In this document: one piece after another, positions 29,819 to 41,325 of the stretch
Layout: each line of letters begins with the position of its first letter
How positions within the stretch are numbered: position 1 is the stretch's first letter
DNA from: an uncultured delta proteobacterium
GTDB taxonomy: Bacteria; Desulfobacterota; Syntrophobacteria; Syntrophobacterales; Syntrophobacteraceae
Length of the DNA: 64,000 bases
Direction: 5' to 3'
NCBI GenBank assembly: GCA_963808625.1
Contig: CAWEHK010000024.1
Coordinates: forward strand, 1 to 64,000
Notes under the pieces: model-generated
Told to the model about the DNA's origin: nothing
The model's database searches: none
Seen by the model: only the letters and a program-made list of their open reading frames with translations
Program-made: the position numbers and the translations under genes

Positions 29819-32287
29819 CTATTTTTCAATCCTCGCTTTCAGGTCGCGAAGTCTTTCCAGGAATTCCCTTGTAGCCTCGCTTTCCCGATGCTCAACGACA
29901 TGGGGAGTGACGGCGACAATCAGTTCGGTTTTGGCTATGTTCTTAGTCTTTCTAGATGTGAAAAGCGGGCCCAGGATGGGCATATTCTTCAAATAAGGGA
30001 TTCCACCGTGCGTGTCTTTCTGTATCGTCTGGATAATGCCTCCAATGACTACGGTTGACCCGTCCTGGGCGAGAAGCGACGTCGTCACATTGCGTTCTTC
30101 GAAGGAGGGGGCGGTGGTCCCTCCAACGGTTCGGTCCGGACCCAGCCGGCGAATGGTCTGCTCCACTTCGAGCCGCACCAGCCCACCGGCATTGATATGG
30201 GGGATCAGGTTGAGAATGATGCCGGTATCTTCATAGTTGAGTGGTGCTCAGGACGCCTGCGCCAATGGTCCCGCTTGCATAGGAGCCCGTCGGAACGGGT
30301 TCGCGGCCTCCTACCATGATCGACGCTTCCTTGTTATCGACGGCGAGCAATGTGGGAGTAGAGAGGACATTGACATCAGTGTATTCGGAAAGCAGTCGCA
30401 GCAGGATCCCTATTTTTTGATTGTCGGTAGCCCAGAGCATTCCCAGTCCCGATGTTGATAGGGCTGGGAGGGCAGCCTGAGCGAGAGTGTCTATATTCAG
30501 ACCGCCTCTCACTATTCCCGCAAGAGAGGCAGGCGTCGCTCCGACTTGAGCGTTGATGTTCCTAAAAAAGTATTCCAATCCATACTGGAGGTCATCAGTC
30601 AGGGCGATCTCGGCGATGACGACATCAATGAGCACCGCCCTGGGGAGAATATCAAGGGTTTCGATGGTCCTCTTTATTTTCGCATAATCTGCTGCATTCG
30701 CCCGGATTACGAGCGCATTGTTGACCTCATCGGGAATGATAACGACCTCACCGGTAAGGGACATTGCGGGTCGTTGCGTGCCTCCTGCCGCTCCGCCGCC
30801 AAAGCGGCTGGTCGTTCCACCCCCGCCTCGCTGGGTTGTACTCGAACCGAAGGAGGACAGCCCCGTCGATGAGCCCCCAAGACCCATCCCGGAGGACCCA
30901 AAGGAGGAAGATGCGGTACCGGATGATCCAAGACTCGAAGAGTCCTAAACCGGAAGATCCAAAACCGGAAGAGCCAGAGCCTGAAGATCCGAGGCCTGAG
31001 GATCCGTAACTGGAGGAGCCAAATCTCGAAGAGCCCGAGCGGGAGGAGGAACCAAACCCCGAAGAGCCAAAGCCCGACCGACCGCCAGCTCCGACTCCCC
31101 CCTGCCGGGTCGATTGCACGACTCTTTGCCCCATGCCCCCGCCCGACGGTCCGGAAAGCCCATAGGCCTGGGTGAGGACATTACTGATATCAGCGGCCAG
31201 GCTGTTTTGGGCAAAGTACACATAGATTTGCTCGCCGGTTTCCTTCCCTTGAGTATCCAGAGCAGTGAGCCACGATCTGGCATTGCGCAGGACCTCGGGG
31301 TCCTGCGCAAGGATGAGAACGCCGCCAAAATTTGGCAACGGGATGAAGGCGAGGTTATTTTTCAGAGAGCTCTCCTTGAAGACGGCCAGTTTTCCCACGA
31401 GGGCTTCCATCCCCTGGGCTGCATCCTGGGGAGTGATGGACTGCACGGGCACGATCTCCATGCTCAATTCTCGAAATACATTAATGTCCAATGCCTTCAA
31501 GACACCGAGAATGGTGCGGGCGTTGTCGGAATTTTCAACGAAAATGATGCTGTTCGTAAGGACGTCGGCAACAATCGGTCTGCCGGGCGAGAGGAAGGAT
31601 TTTACGATGTTGGTCGCTTTATTCGCGTCCATGTAATGCATGCGGTAAATGATGATAAGCGGTCTTGCGCCGGCCTTGTCGTCCTGCAGCGTGGCGGCGT
31701 CTGCGACCGGCAGGCTGCTGCTCGAACTTCTTTGCACCGGCTGGATGTAATAGATGCCGTTTCGAGGCGACGATGGCGATATTGTTGGCCTCATATACCC
31801 TGGTGACCATTTGCAATAGCTCATCTTTGGTAAAATCGCCTTCGAGATAGACGCTGATTCGACCCTGCAGCGCGGGGTCCGCCACATAGTTTAGCTTGAG
31901 ATAGTCCCCAAAAATCTGATTGGTGACCTCGGCGACGTCAGCTTTCTCGAAATTGAGCACAATCTTTTGTTTTTCCTTATCCGACCAGGCAGGTCCCTGG
32001 GGCTTGCCCAGGGAAGACGCCCCGAGAAGGCCGTAATTGGAAGCTCCGGTTCTACTCGGGAGAGTGGTTCCTTTGCCTTTCTCATCGGCCGCCGTATCAG
32101 CGGTTTTAGGACTGGGTGTCAGTTCTACGACCCATTCCTTGCTCGGGGCCTGGTCAGAGGTGAGGGGCGGCTGCGGAGGAGGACGAAGTCCGGCATCGTG
32201 CTTGCCGGGACTCGGTTTGGAAGCGGTGGCACAAGCTTGGACAACAATCATTAGCATAAGTGATAGAAGCACCATGCGTATTTTCAT
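29819..32287 (-). CDS. gspD: Type II secretion secretin (several frameshifts)
   Basis: LNFEKADV, DEVNNALVIRA, LDILPRAVLIDV, NVLSTPTL, GIPYLKNMPILGPLF; lipoprotein-like signal (VQAC). Confidence 0.88.
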
Positions 32288-32381
32288 GAAACTGCCCTTT
32301 CCTGTTCTGTTTTTCCGGCATCACTCATAAGAAAGAAAGTCAAAATTCGACGTAAACGGCATTTAATAGTCATCTTCCATC

Positions 32382-32969
32382 CTAGGTCTTTTCCCCCTTC
32401 TCCATCAATGCCGCCAGGATGACATTGATGACGAGGTCCGGGCCGGACTTGCGTTGTACCTTCTGGATATTGATTTCCTGGACCAGGATCGCGGTCTCAA
32501 AAGTCCGCAGGCGTTTCAGAAAGTAATTAAGTCCTTCAATGGTTGTCATAAAATTAAATCTAAGGTGCACCTCTTGGTAAAGACCATACTCTTTACTGGC
32601 AAGCACCTGGTAGGTCTTGATATCCAGCAGTTTCTTCTGCTCACCTTTGGGCGAGAGCAAATCTCCCAGGGAAGCTGCGAGCTGATACGGGTCGTTGCCC
32701 CGGAAGAGACGTTTTTGCATCGCTTTCAATTCGCTTTCCTGCTTGATGAGATTTTCTTTAATGCTTTGAGCTTGAGTCAACTTCTCCTGATATTTGTGGA
32801 CGAGCTCGCCCTGTTGCTTAACTTTCAGCTCCAAATCCTCATTTTCCGAGGTCGTCGAAGCGACCCAAAGAAAGTGAGCCGTCAGCAGGGTCAGCAACAC
32901 TGCGAGTGCCATGATTAAGGAAGATCGCTGCTTCTTGATTTCATGCAGCGAGAGTTTTGGAAGAATCAT
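32382..32969 (-). CDS. T2SS GspM/PilO-like protein
   Basis: N-terminal TM segment, coiled coil, position in the cluster. Confidence 0.65.
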   Translation of the reverse strand: MILPKLSLHEIKKQRSSLIMALAVLLTLLTAHFLWVASTTSENEDLELKVKQQGELVHKYQEKLTQAQSIKENLIKQESELKAMQKRLFRGNDPYQLAASLGDLLSPKGEQKKLLDIKTYQVLASKEYGLYQEVHLRFNFMTTIEGLNYFLKRLRTFETAILVQEINIQKVQRKSGPDLVINVILAALMEKGEKT

Positions 32970-33043
32970 CTTAATTTTCTCTATCTCTTCTGCGTTGCTG
33001 CCGTAAAGGCCTCATTCATTTGCAGTACAGGCCGCGCTATGAC

Positions 33044-34588
33044 TCACTCGTCGACTTCCGCATCATCGCTCGAGGCTTCTCCTTCCAGATCCATTTCGTC
33101 CGTTGCTCCCGGAGGGTTGGTTTTCTTCAGCTTAGGGGCCGTTGAAGATGTGGCATTTTGGTCCGAAGCGGCGGCTTCGATGCTCTCTTCTGTCTTGTTG
33201 AGGCCCATCGCCTCGATCGTCTTTCGCAGTTTTTCCTGATCAACCTGCAACTGCACGTTAAATCGCTCGTCCTCAGACGTAGGGCTTCGAGTCACCGGCG
33301 AGGCAAAGCGCACATCACTGAAACCTTCGACCTTGGAGAGTTCGGAAAGGAACTTGATCGCGGATTTACTATCCCCGCGGAGAATGATCTGCCCCTTTCT
33401 AATCGAGAAATAATTCAGCCAGGTATCATCAGGGGTGGTCTGGGAGAGCAGGTCCAGGATTTCGAGCATGGGATATCCTTCAAGGTTGAACTCGGAGAGC
33501 GTCTTCTGGTCTTCCTGGAACTTGGAGATACGAGACTGCAGTTCCTCGATGGGTTTCCACTGTGTTTCCAGTTGGGCGATCTCCTTCTTCAGACGGCGGC
33601 TTGCCTCCTGGATCTGACTATGGGTGTGCAACTCGTAAAGGGCAAAGATTGAGTACAGCCCCACCAGGGCGAGGAGCGGCCAGACGATCCTCGGGACTTT
33701 CCAGGGTTTGAGCAGCAGTGGTGCGTCAAAAGTCTCGATTTTGTCCTGTTCCAGGAGGTATGCTACCCAGTAGCCAACGAGGGGACCTTGAAGCGGTTCG
33801 ATTTCGAAGGGGATTTCATCATGGCGCAGGCGTCGGCAGTCTTCAGCCTTGAGTGCTTCACCGTTGGTGCAAATCAGGTGGATGGGTGAAATCCGCGTGT
33901 CGTCGAGCCCGTTCTCGCTGAACCGTAAATGCTCGAGCAAAATCCGCAAGTTATCTCGATTCTCACCAATCAGCATCGAATCCAGGAACTGGCCTTTGTA
34001 AAAGCGATGCAGCTCAAGGTGAGTAGGATCGATCCACCGCGCATAAACCTTGACTTCGGGTGTATCCGTTTGCACCTCGGGGGCAGCAAGGAAAGCCCGA
34101 TATGCCAGGGAAGTGGGGATGACGCGAAAATTCAGGAAATTTGCCGCGCCGAGAACTTGATGAAATTTATCAAAAACATCGCGCTGTAATGAAAAAATGG
34201 GCACCGACAAGTTGTGGTTCACAGCAACGGCCGGACCAGAAAAGTGCAGGGTGCGTTCATGCTCGAGAAATAGGTTCTCCTGCCAGTCAAAATTGAGGGC
34301 CTCCTGCAATTGATCCTGAAGCCCTGTGGGGTAGTGTTCCCGATGGAAAGCGTAGAAGCTGAGCGGAAGGAAAAGAACCAGGGTGGTTGCCTTCCTGTCT
34401 CTGGGCCGGAGGTTCAGGCGCTGGAGATAATCGTAGATCGGCTCTGATTCAGGTACATCAAAGTTTTCCACGGAATCGATCTGCCAGGATCGCCACTGAC
34501 GATGAGCGCGAAGGATTTCCACCCGCCGCTGCTCAACATATACCGCTAGCAGCTGCTTGGGGCGATGTTCGGTGGTGAATCTCAACAT
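33044..34588 (-). CDS. T2SS GspL / PilN-domain protein
   Basis: Cytoplasmic domain, TM segment, PilN-like region (PDDTWL..FSDVRFASPV..ERF). Confidence 0.7.
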   Translation of the reverse strand: MLRFTTEHRPKQLLAVYVEQRRVEILRAHRQWRSWQIDSVENFDVPESEPIYDYLQRLNLRPRDRKATTLVLFLPLSFYAFHREHYPTGLQDQLQEALNFDWQENLFLEHERTLHFSGPAVAVNHNLSVPIFSLQRDVFDKFHQVLGAANFLNFRVIPTSLAYRAFLAAPEVQTDTPEVKVYARWIDPTHLELHRFYKGQFLDSMLIGENRDNLRILLEHLRFSENGLDDTRISPIHLICTNGEALKAEDCRRLRHDEIPFEIEPLQGPLVGYWVAYLLEQDKIETFDAPLLLKPWKVPRIVWPLLALVGLYSIFALYELHTHSQIQEASRRLKKEIAQLETQWKPIEELQSRISKFQEDQKTLSEFNLEGYPMLEILDLLSQTTPDDTWLNYFSIRKGQIILRGDSKSAIKFLSELSKVEGFSDVRFASPVTRSPTSEDERFNVQLQVDQEKLRKTIEAMGLNKTEESIEAAASDQNATSSTAPKLKKTNPPGATDEMDLEGEASSDDAEVDE

Positions 34589-34618
34589 CCGGTAATCCTT
34601 CTTGACGTCCAGCTCCCG

Positions 34619-35524
34619 CTACATAATCTTCCGGGATAGGACCTCGTAGCCATGTTTCGTTTCAGGAGCAAAACGAACAAACAGACAAATCGTCACCGCT
34701 GGGGGACCATTGTAAGCCATTCCCGTGGAATAAATGCGATAAATCCCTCCATTCTGCCAGGAGATTATTCTTCTCTCGATTTCCTGTTCAAGATCAGGGT
34801 TGGGCAAAGCCGTGTTTGTACCATAAACGCTCAACATCTCAAATAAAGAATCTTTCCTGGGTAGCGTCGGGTTGGAAGTGGCTTCCGAGCCGCTCTCCTC
34901 CGAGGTTTCGCCTCCCCCCATGTAACCGTACAAGAGTTCTTCCGAGATCCCGGGGATGAGCAGCATTTGATCGAGAGTCAACAACGGTCCGTTAAAAGGG
35001 CCATAGGGCAGGCCTCGCCTCTTGTAATCCGATGCTTCCATACCGTGCAACCGCTTGAGATCATCCGGGTCCACAAAATCAGCAATGACATCAGCCAGTT
35101 CTTCGGCTGCGTATTCATGCATCCCCGCACCGATCATAACTTCCCTCATTTGCTCAGGACTGCTGAGGTTGACATTCACTTTGGTCATCTCCGATTCGAT
35201 ACTGACCACAGCCTCCCCGGTCTGATACTTCAGCACATGTTCAGCACCATCAGGCTGCCAGCTCAAATCCGGCCCTCTCTCCAGGCCTGAAGGCGGCGGC
35301 TGGCCCATCCGCGCCAGTGCTTCATAACAGCCCCCAATGGCGAGATAATGGGCTTGTGCCCGCCGAAACAGATGGATCTGGTCTTCCCCCTGTAATCGGG
35401 TCAACGCTCCGACCTGGAGCGTGAACCACATTACGAGAGCGCAGATCCACAGGACCGCAATCAGCACGACCCCTTGTTCTTGCTGCATCAGCTTCAGATG
35501 ATCGGACACCCGCGGCATTGCCAT
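34619..35524 (-). CDS. gspK: T2SS minor pseudopilin GspK
   Basis: QQEQGVVLIAVLW, KVNVN, IADFVDPDD..G.E..Y. Confidence 0.85.
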   Translation of the reverse strand: MAMPRVSDHLKLMQQEQGVVLIAVLWICALVMWFTLQVGALTRLQGEDQIHLFRRAQAHYLAIGGCYEALARMGQPPPSGLERGPDLSWQPDGAEHVLKYQTGEAVVSIESEMTKVNVNLSSPEQMREVMIGAGMHEYAAEELADVIADFVDPDDLKRLHGMEASDYKRRGLPYGPFNGPLLTLDQMLLIPGISEELLYGYMGGGETSEESGSEATSNPTLPRKDSLFEMLSVYGTNTALPNPDLEQEIERRIISWQNGGIYRIYSTGMAYNGPPAVTICLFVRFAPETKHGYEVLSRKIM

Positions 35525-35555
35525 CCCTTTCCTCAGCTTCTCGAGTCCCTTTCCC

Positions 35556-36269
35556 TCAAAGCTTTCCCCTCTTCTTGGGTGTGACCTTTTTCAGACCTGA
35601 TTTCTCCGCGTCGCTGTCCACGATCTCCTTGGCAAAAGGAGCGTTAATGAACATGACTGCGGAGAACACGGGGGAACCCTCCCCAGCGGTGCATTTAGCG
35701 ACTACGGCAGAGGGTATGCCGAGCTCCTCGTCCACCGCCGAAGCCATTTCATCGCCTTTGCCACTGGCATAAGAGAGGGAGCAGACCCCAACCTCCATAG
35801 CGTAAAAACGTGGCCAGGAATTCGTCTCCCCCGTACCCATCTGGAGGAATCGCTGAATCGGTTCCGGGTGATACGGATCGAGCGGCATTTCAGCATAGAA
35901 GACCGTTCCTTCCGAGGTGAAAACATACCGCGCAACCACCGGCAACCCCTTTGAAATAGCCCTGACTGAATACTGGGTGGCAAAGGCAAGGGATTGCTCG
36001 TTTCCCTGGAAAATGGCCCGCTGCTTCCCGTCATGATTGATCAAAACCGGCTCAAAGTCGGCCAGTTGCCATTTGAGCAGTTCAAGGAGACTCGGGATGT
36101 CACTGGGTTCGCGATTCTGCTGGCGCTCCCATACGCGGAGCGAGAGCGAGAGTGCAACCGAGAATATGCCAATAACCATGGCAGAAATCGTGGTGGCCAG
36201 GACCAGTTCCACCAGGGTAAAGCCGGAGGATTGTGCCAAAAGCCGCTTCCCTTTTAGCGGGTTCACCAT
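35556..36269 (-). CDS. gspJ: T2SS pseudopilin, GspJ-like
   Basis: GFTLVEL prepilin motif; gene order H-I-J-K. Confidence 0.7.
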   Translation of the reverse strand: MVNPLKGKRLLAQSSGFTLVELVLATTISAMVIGIFSVALSLSLRVWERQQNREPSDIPSLLELLKWQLADFEPVLINHDGKQRAIFQGNEQSLAFATQYSVRAISKGLPVVARYVFTSEGTVFYAEMPLDPYHPEPIQRFLQMGTGETNSWPRFYAMEVGVCSLSYASGKGDEMASAVDEELGIPSAVVAKCTAGEGSPVFSAVMFINAPFAKEIVDSDAEKSGLKKVTPKKRGKL

Positions 36270-36270
36270 T

Positions 36271-36702
36271 CTAATCCAACACCCCGTCGGCTGCTTTCCC
36301 TCCCTCTGAGGGAGTAACGTAAAGACTGAATTCCAGCATTTGCCCACGGCATTCCAACACAACCCGATAGAGCTCTCCGGGGCGGCTTGGGACCCTTTTC
36401 CGCTCCGGCAGTTCCTCTTTTTCAAACAGGATATTGATGCGGGGTGCGCCGGGTTCGCTGCCAATGGCTAAGTCGCCGGTGACGGCCTTTTCCGGGTTCG
36501 CGAGAATTTCCTGGGCAGCAGACTCCAATAGCGGTTGGATTTGGCTTCTTTCCTTCAAGCGCTGGCTATATTGAAGAGATACCGAGATCAATCCCATAAG
36601 GCCGCCCAGAATCAGTGCCCCCAAGACGAGACTGACCATGACTTCCAAGAGGGTGAAGCCCCCCTTGGTCGAGTAACACCCGCGTTCAAAGCTTCCCTTC
36701 AT
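36271..36702 (-). CDS. gspI: T2SS pseudopilin, GspI-like
   Basis: GFTLLEVMV prepilin motif. Confidence 0.7.
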   Translation of the reverse strand: MKGSFERGCYSTKGGFTLLEVMVSLVLGALILGGLMGLISVSLQYSQRLKERSQIQPLLESAAQEILANPEKAVTGDLAIGSEPGAPRINILFEKEELPERKRVPSRPGELYRVVLECRGQMLEFSLYVTPSEGGKAADGVLD

Positions 36703-37163
36703 CGCGATTCAACTTTGTACACATGCACCGTACCGAAAAGAGGATTGATGGCAAGGTGAAAGGTGCGATCCTGATCAAAAGTGAGCTCCAGGTCACTCCC
36801 AGAAATGCTCCCGTCAGGAAAAAAGAGGATGAGGCTGTCCTTGGTTTCCGGGTCCGTTTCGAGAAAATTCGCATCAATGTCCACGTTGTCAGGTATCGGT
36901 TTCCGAGGAGGAAGCGCGAGGTCATAGACCCGTTCGGAACCGCGAATCCGGAAAGCCACGATGGTCCCTGAATTCATCGCACGCAAGCGGGCACGCTTGA
37001 GCGTTTGCACGAATTCCTGCAGGAATTCACGATCTTCCATCTTCCTCCAGCTTGCTCCCACGCGCGGCAGCACAAGGCCAATCGTAAGACCCAGAATAAC
37101 CAGGACGACAACGAGCTCGATGAGAGTAAACCCGGGGGAACTCCGCTGATAGAAATCGCGCAT
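36699..37163 (-). CDS. gspH: T2SS pseudopilin, GspH-like
   Basis: GFTLIELVVVL, FFPDGSISG. Confidence 0.75.
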   Translation of the reverse strand: MRDFYQRSSPGFTLIELVVVLVILGLTIGLVLPRVGASWRKMEDREFLQEFVQTLKRARLRAMNSGTIVAFRIRGSERVYDLALPPRKPIPDNVDIDANFLETDPETKDSLILFFPDGSISGSDLELTFDQDRTFHLAINPLFGTVHVYKVESR

Positions 37164-37245
37164 AAAGACGGCCTTCACTCTCTCTTCTCGCCGCGAGGGA
37201 TACCAAGCAGCAAACAACGGAAAAATACCGTATCCCCCGGGAGCC

Positions 37246-38433
37246 CTAAAACTTGATTTCATTAATGCCAAAAATGGCCGTGAACATGCTCAAGACCATG
37301 GTGCCTATCATCAGGGCGGTCACGATAATGACTGCCGGTTCCAGCAAGATCATCAATCTTTGAATCCGCCGCTGCAATTCCCCCTCGAAGTGGTCACCCA
37401 GCGCCAGCAGACCTTCACCGAGGTTACCTTGTTCTTCGGCAATGCGAAGCATGGTCCCCAAGCGGCTCGGGAACGGTTGATGGGTCCGGAAGAAATTACT
37501 CATCGAATGGCCTGCCTTGATCTCCCGATGCACAGGGGCGATTGCCTCCTTGAGCACGCTGTTGATAAGCAGCTCCTGTCCGAGACTGAGGGCGCGCAGC
37601 AACGGCACTCCCGCCTGAATCATCGTGCCGAGGGTCCGGCAAAACCGGGCGAGTTCACTGTAAAGGATCAAGTATTGGGTAAAGGGAATGCGAAAGAGAA
37701 GGCGGTCCAGAACCCGCCGGGCTTTGGGTTGCCGGTAAAGATAGCGTCCGCCCCAAAAGCCGGCAGCCAGGAGCAGCGGAAAAATCCAGCCGTATTCCTT
37801 AACTATGATTCCTGTCTGAAGCATGATCTGTGTCAGGAAGGGCACCTTCTGATTCAAATCTTGGAAGATCTGCGCAAACTTAGGGATAACGTATACGAGT
37901 AGAATAACCATCGATACGGCACTGGTGCCAAGAAGAATGCACGGATAGATCATCGAGGAAACCAGACTCTGCCGGAATGCCCGGCGCTGTTCGAGGTATT
38001 GGGCCAGGCGTTTCGTGATGGGACCGAGGGTGGCGCTGGCTTCTCCCGCCCTCACCATGTGGTCTGAAAGCTCCCCAAAAACGTCGCGATATTTGCCGAT
38101 GGCGCCCGAGAGGTCCGCCCCCCCCTGGACTTCGCCGAGGAGGTCCTGCACGACATTCTGGAAAACCTTGTGCGTCTGATTGGTGCTGATCAGCGCCAGC
38201 GCCCGGTCCACGGGCAAGCCTGCAGTGAGCAGATCAGACAGATCGTAGAAAAAACGGATGATGTGTTCTTCGGGGACGCGTCGCGGTTTCCGGCTCTTGA
38301 TCGCTTTGATCTTGACGGGATAGAGCCTGCTGGATTTCAGTTTGCGCGCGGCCTCCGGTTCGGATAATGCCTCCAAGACCCCTTTGTGAACCGTGCCCTG
38401 CAGGTCGCGGGCCTGATACTGATAGTATCCCAT
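37246..38433 (-). CDS. gspF: T2SS inner membrane platform protein
   Basis: AGLPVDRAL, MVRAGE, YP, AGVPLL, LLEP. Confidence 0.92.
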   Translation of the reverse strand: MGYYQYQARDLQGTVHKGVLEALSEPEAARKLKSSRLYPVKIKAIKSRKPRRVPEEHIIRFFYDLSDLLTAGLPVDRALALISTNQTHKVFQNVVQDLLGEVQGGADLSGAIGKYRDVFGELSDHMVRAGEASATLGPITKRLAQYLEQRRAFRQSLVSSMIYPCILLGTSAVSMVILLVYVIPKFAQIFQDLNQKVPFLTQIMLQTGIIVKEYGWIFPLLLAAGFWGGRYLYRQPKARRVLDRLLFRIPFTQYLILYSELARFCRTLGTMIQAGVPLLRALSLGQELLINSVLKEAIAPVHREIKAGHSMSNFFRTHQPFPSRLGTMLRIAEEQGNLGEGLLALGDHFEGELQRRIQRLMILLEPAVIIVTALMIGTMVLSMFTAIFGINEIKF

Positions 38434-38479
38434 GGTGGTGTCAACTACCCTCTACAAATTGAAATCCCATCACAAGCGA

Positions 38480-40189
38480 TTATCCCGACAAGGAAAGACT
38501 GGTCACCCTGAGCACCTCCGACAGGGTGGTCACACCATCCACGACTTTGCGGAAGCCGTGATGAATCAGCGGGCGATAAGTCTCATGAAAGGCAGCCTGG
38601 GAAATGGTTCCGGCATCTTTTCCCGCGACAATTAAAGAACGAATGGCGTCGCTCACCGGCAGCACTTCAAAGATGGCCTGACGACCCCGAAAGCCGGTGT
38701 AACCGCACTTCTCGCAACCCTTATTATGGTACAGGGTAAGCGGCGAGGGGACTTCGGACAGGACTTCCCTGATGCGCATCTGGTCAACGTCGCGCGCCTC
38801 GTAAGGCTCTTTACAGAGCGGACATAGCAGGCGTACCAGGCGTTGCGCCAGAATGGCAAGGAGTGAGTCAGCCATGAGAAAAGACTCGATACCGATGTCC
38901 CGGAGCCGCGTAATGGCCCCCGGGGCGTCGTTGGTGTGCAGTGTGGAGAGCACCAGATGACCGGTCAGCGCCGATTCTATGGCAATATCAGCGGTCTCCT
39001 TGTCACGAATTTCCCCGATGAGGAGCACATCGGGGTCCTGGCGCACCAGGGACCGCAACGCATTGGCGAAGGTCAGATCAATCTGGGGCTTTACCTGCAC
39101 CTGGTTGATCCCGCTGATCTGGTACTCGACGGGGTCTTCGACCGTGATGATCTTCCTGGTTATCGAGTTCAATTTTCTGAGGACGCCATAGAGAGTGGTG
39201 GTTTTTCCGGATCCGGTCGGCCCGGTGACGAGGATCATCCCAAAAGGTCGCTCAATCAGATTTTCGATATATTCCAGGTGCTGGGAGTCCATTCCCAGGC
39301 TGTTCAGGCTGTAGTCCACTGATTCCTGAGCGAGCAGTCTCAGAACAACACTTTCACCGTATATGGTCGGCACACAGGAGACACGGATATCGACCTCGCG
39401 ATTGCCGAATTTCAATTTGATTTTTCCGTCCTGAGGCAGACGCCTTTCCGCGATATTGAGATTGGCCATGAGTTTCAAGCGGCTGATAATTGCCGCCTGC
39501 ATGGTTTTGGGAGGTTGATCCAGATCATAGAGGACCCCGTCGACACGGCTGCGGACTTGAAAAGTTCGCTCGAAGGGCTCAAAGTGAATGTCCGAAGCGC
39601 GCATGTCCAATGCCCGCGAGATCAAGACATTCACCAGACGCACGATCGGTGCCTCCTGGGCTAACCCCCGGAGGTGCTCCAGGTCCTCTTCAAAGGAGTC
39701 CGGATTGAAACCGCCTCCCTCCCCGTCGCGCGAAAGGGCTTCGGCTTCGCGCGCTGCCGTGCCGTAGAGGCGGTCAATTGACGTCCGGATTTCCTCGCGC
39801 TGCCCGAGACACAGATTGAGCTCCATACCCGCGAAGTAACTGCCCAGAATATTCAAAATCGGCAGGTTCAGAGGGTTATTCACCACCACCCGCACGCTGC
39901 CGCTCTCCACCTGGATCGGAAGCACCGCGTGCTTTCTCAAAAAGAACATGGAGACGCCCTCAAGGAGTACGGGCTTTTCGGGATAGTCGTCACGTTCCAG
40001 CAGAGGCAACTGCAGGTAGTCTGAGAGCACGTGAAGGACTCGTCTTTCGTCGGTGAATCCAATCCCTTCAAAGGCTTCCATCAAGGGAATTCCCTCGACA
40101 AAGCAAGACGCCTGAAGCTGCCTCAGTTGATCGTCCAACAGATTAAATTCTTTCTGAAATGCATTCAGAAGAGATGGCGGTTGGGACAT
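38480..40189 (-). CDS. gspE: T2SS ATPase
   Basis: ASDIHFEP, TGPTGSGKTTTLY, RQDPDVLLIGEIRD, CxxC..CxxC. Confidence 0.94.
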   Translation of the reverse strand: MSQPPSLLNAFQKEFNLLDDQLRQLQASCFVEGIPLMEAFEGIGFTDERRVLHVLSDYLQLPLLERDDYPEKPVLLEGVSMFFLRKHAVLPIQVESGSVRVVVNNPLNLPILNILGSYFAGMELNLCLGQREEIRTSIDRLYGTAAREAEALSRDGEGGGFNPDSFEEDLEHLRGLAQEAPIVRLVNVLISRALDMRASDIHFEPFERTFQVRSRVDGVLYDLDQPPKTMQAAIISRLKLMANLNIAERRLPQDGKIKLKFGNREVDIRVSCVPTIYGESVVLRLLAQESVDYSLNSLGMDSQHLEYIENLIERPFGMILVTGPTGSGKTTTLYGVLRKLNSITRKIITVEDPVEYQISGINQVQVKPQIDLTFANALRSLVRQDPDVLLIGEIRDKETADIAIESALTGHLVLSTLHTNDAPGAITRLRDIGIESFLMADSLLAILAQRLVRLLCPLCKEPYEARDVDQMRIREVLSEVPSPLTLYHNKGCEKCGYTGFRGRQAIFEVLPVSDAIRSLIVAGKDAGTISQAAFHETYRPLIHHGFRKVVDGVTTLSEVLRVTSLSLSG

Positions 40190-40610
40190 ATAAACTCCTG
40201 AATAAAGAACAATTCTTTTTGCACCGTCACTTAACAGATCCATTTTGAAAAGTAAATGTCATTGCCTTTACGGAAGGCGAACGAAAAAAACAAGGAAATT
40301 CAGCTGATGACGATGGGTGTGAACAGAAGTGGGAGTTGGAAATTACTGAAAGGCAGGGTCTTCTGTCCTGGTGGGCACGGTAAAGCTGTGCCCACCCTAC
40401 AATTGGGCCACGGCGTAGGGTGGGCGCGTCTTTTTGCTCCCACCGAAACCATGCAGGCTCATTCGCAATCAGGTAATGGTCACATGAGGCCACGGCGAAC
40501 TCCCACTTCTGACTACACCCGATGACGATAGATTGCTTTGCAGATATGGGCAAAAGGAGTATAGTAGAAAATCAGGCAATTAGGGTTTCACACCGGGCAA
40601 GGAGTGGAGG

Positions 40611-41325
40611 ATGCAGTTCAGAAGGGTTGTGACCTTTTGGTTGGCCGTATCGGCGGTTTGGTTATGGTGCTTGGCCTCTGATGGCGCTTGCACCTCGGTG
40701 ATGGTGGAGAAGAACCTCTTCGCTCAGGATCGGAAGCCGCCCTCGCCTGAATCAGCCGCGCAAGCCCCGCAACCAAGCAAACCTGGCCTCTCTGTGAAAG
40801 CGTTCCAACTCGATGGGGTTTTCATCCGAGGTGACATCAAGAAGGCCATCGTGCGGGTAAAGGGGCAGCTCCCCGGGGCCGACAAAACCAAGCCGCAAAA
40901 TCCCTACATTACGGTGGGTGAGGGTGAAAAGCTTGGTGATTTCCAGGTGGTCAAAATTGAGCCGCGCAGCATCTCGTTGGAAAAAGATGGGCAGACCGAG
41001 GTGGTGAATCTCTTCGCCGAGGGCAAGGTGGTAGTCCCCGCTCCACCGGTACCCTCATCCCCGATGCCTGTTGTTGCTCCTCCCGCACCCCCTCAGCCGG
41101 TACAGGTGCCGCCGGCGGGAATGCCGCCTCCGATGGCTGGACAACCGCCCCAACCGCCTATGCAGCAGGGCCAGGCGGGGGGACACATGCCCGGGGTTGC
41201 CCAGCCTCCGCCATGTTGCGAACCAACCCGGTGGCCGCCGTGTTGCCCCACCGCCGGATCAGAATCAGCCCGATCTTGAGCCTGAAGACGAGGGCGACGT
41301 CGAAGAAGAAGAGCCCGGCACCTAG
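40611..41325 (+). CDS. Pro-rich exported protein, GspC/PilP-like (frameshift near 41215)
   Basis: Signal peptide, NLFAQDR, GEGEKLGDFQVVKIEP; divergent from gspE. Confidence 0.55.

Noticed and set aside
38438..38455. GTCAACTACCC resembling an IS200/IS605 (IscB) element end
   Set aside because: It is an isolated 11-mer in a 46 bp intergenic gap with no associated RNA or gene.
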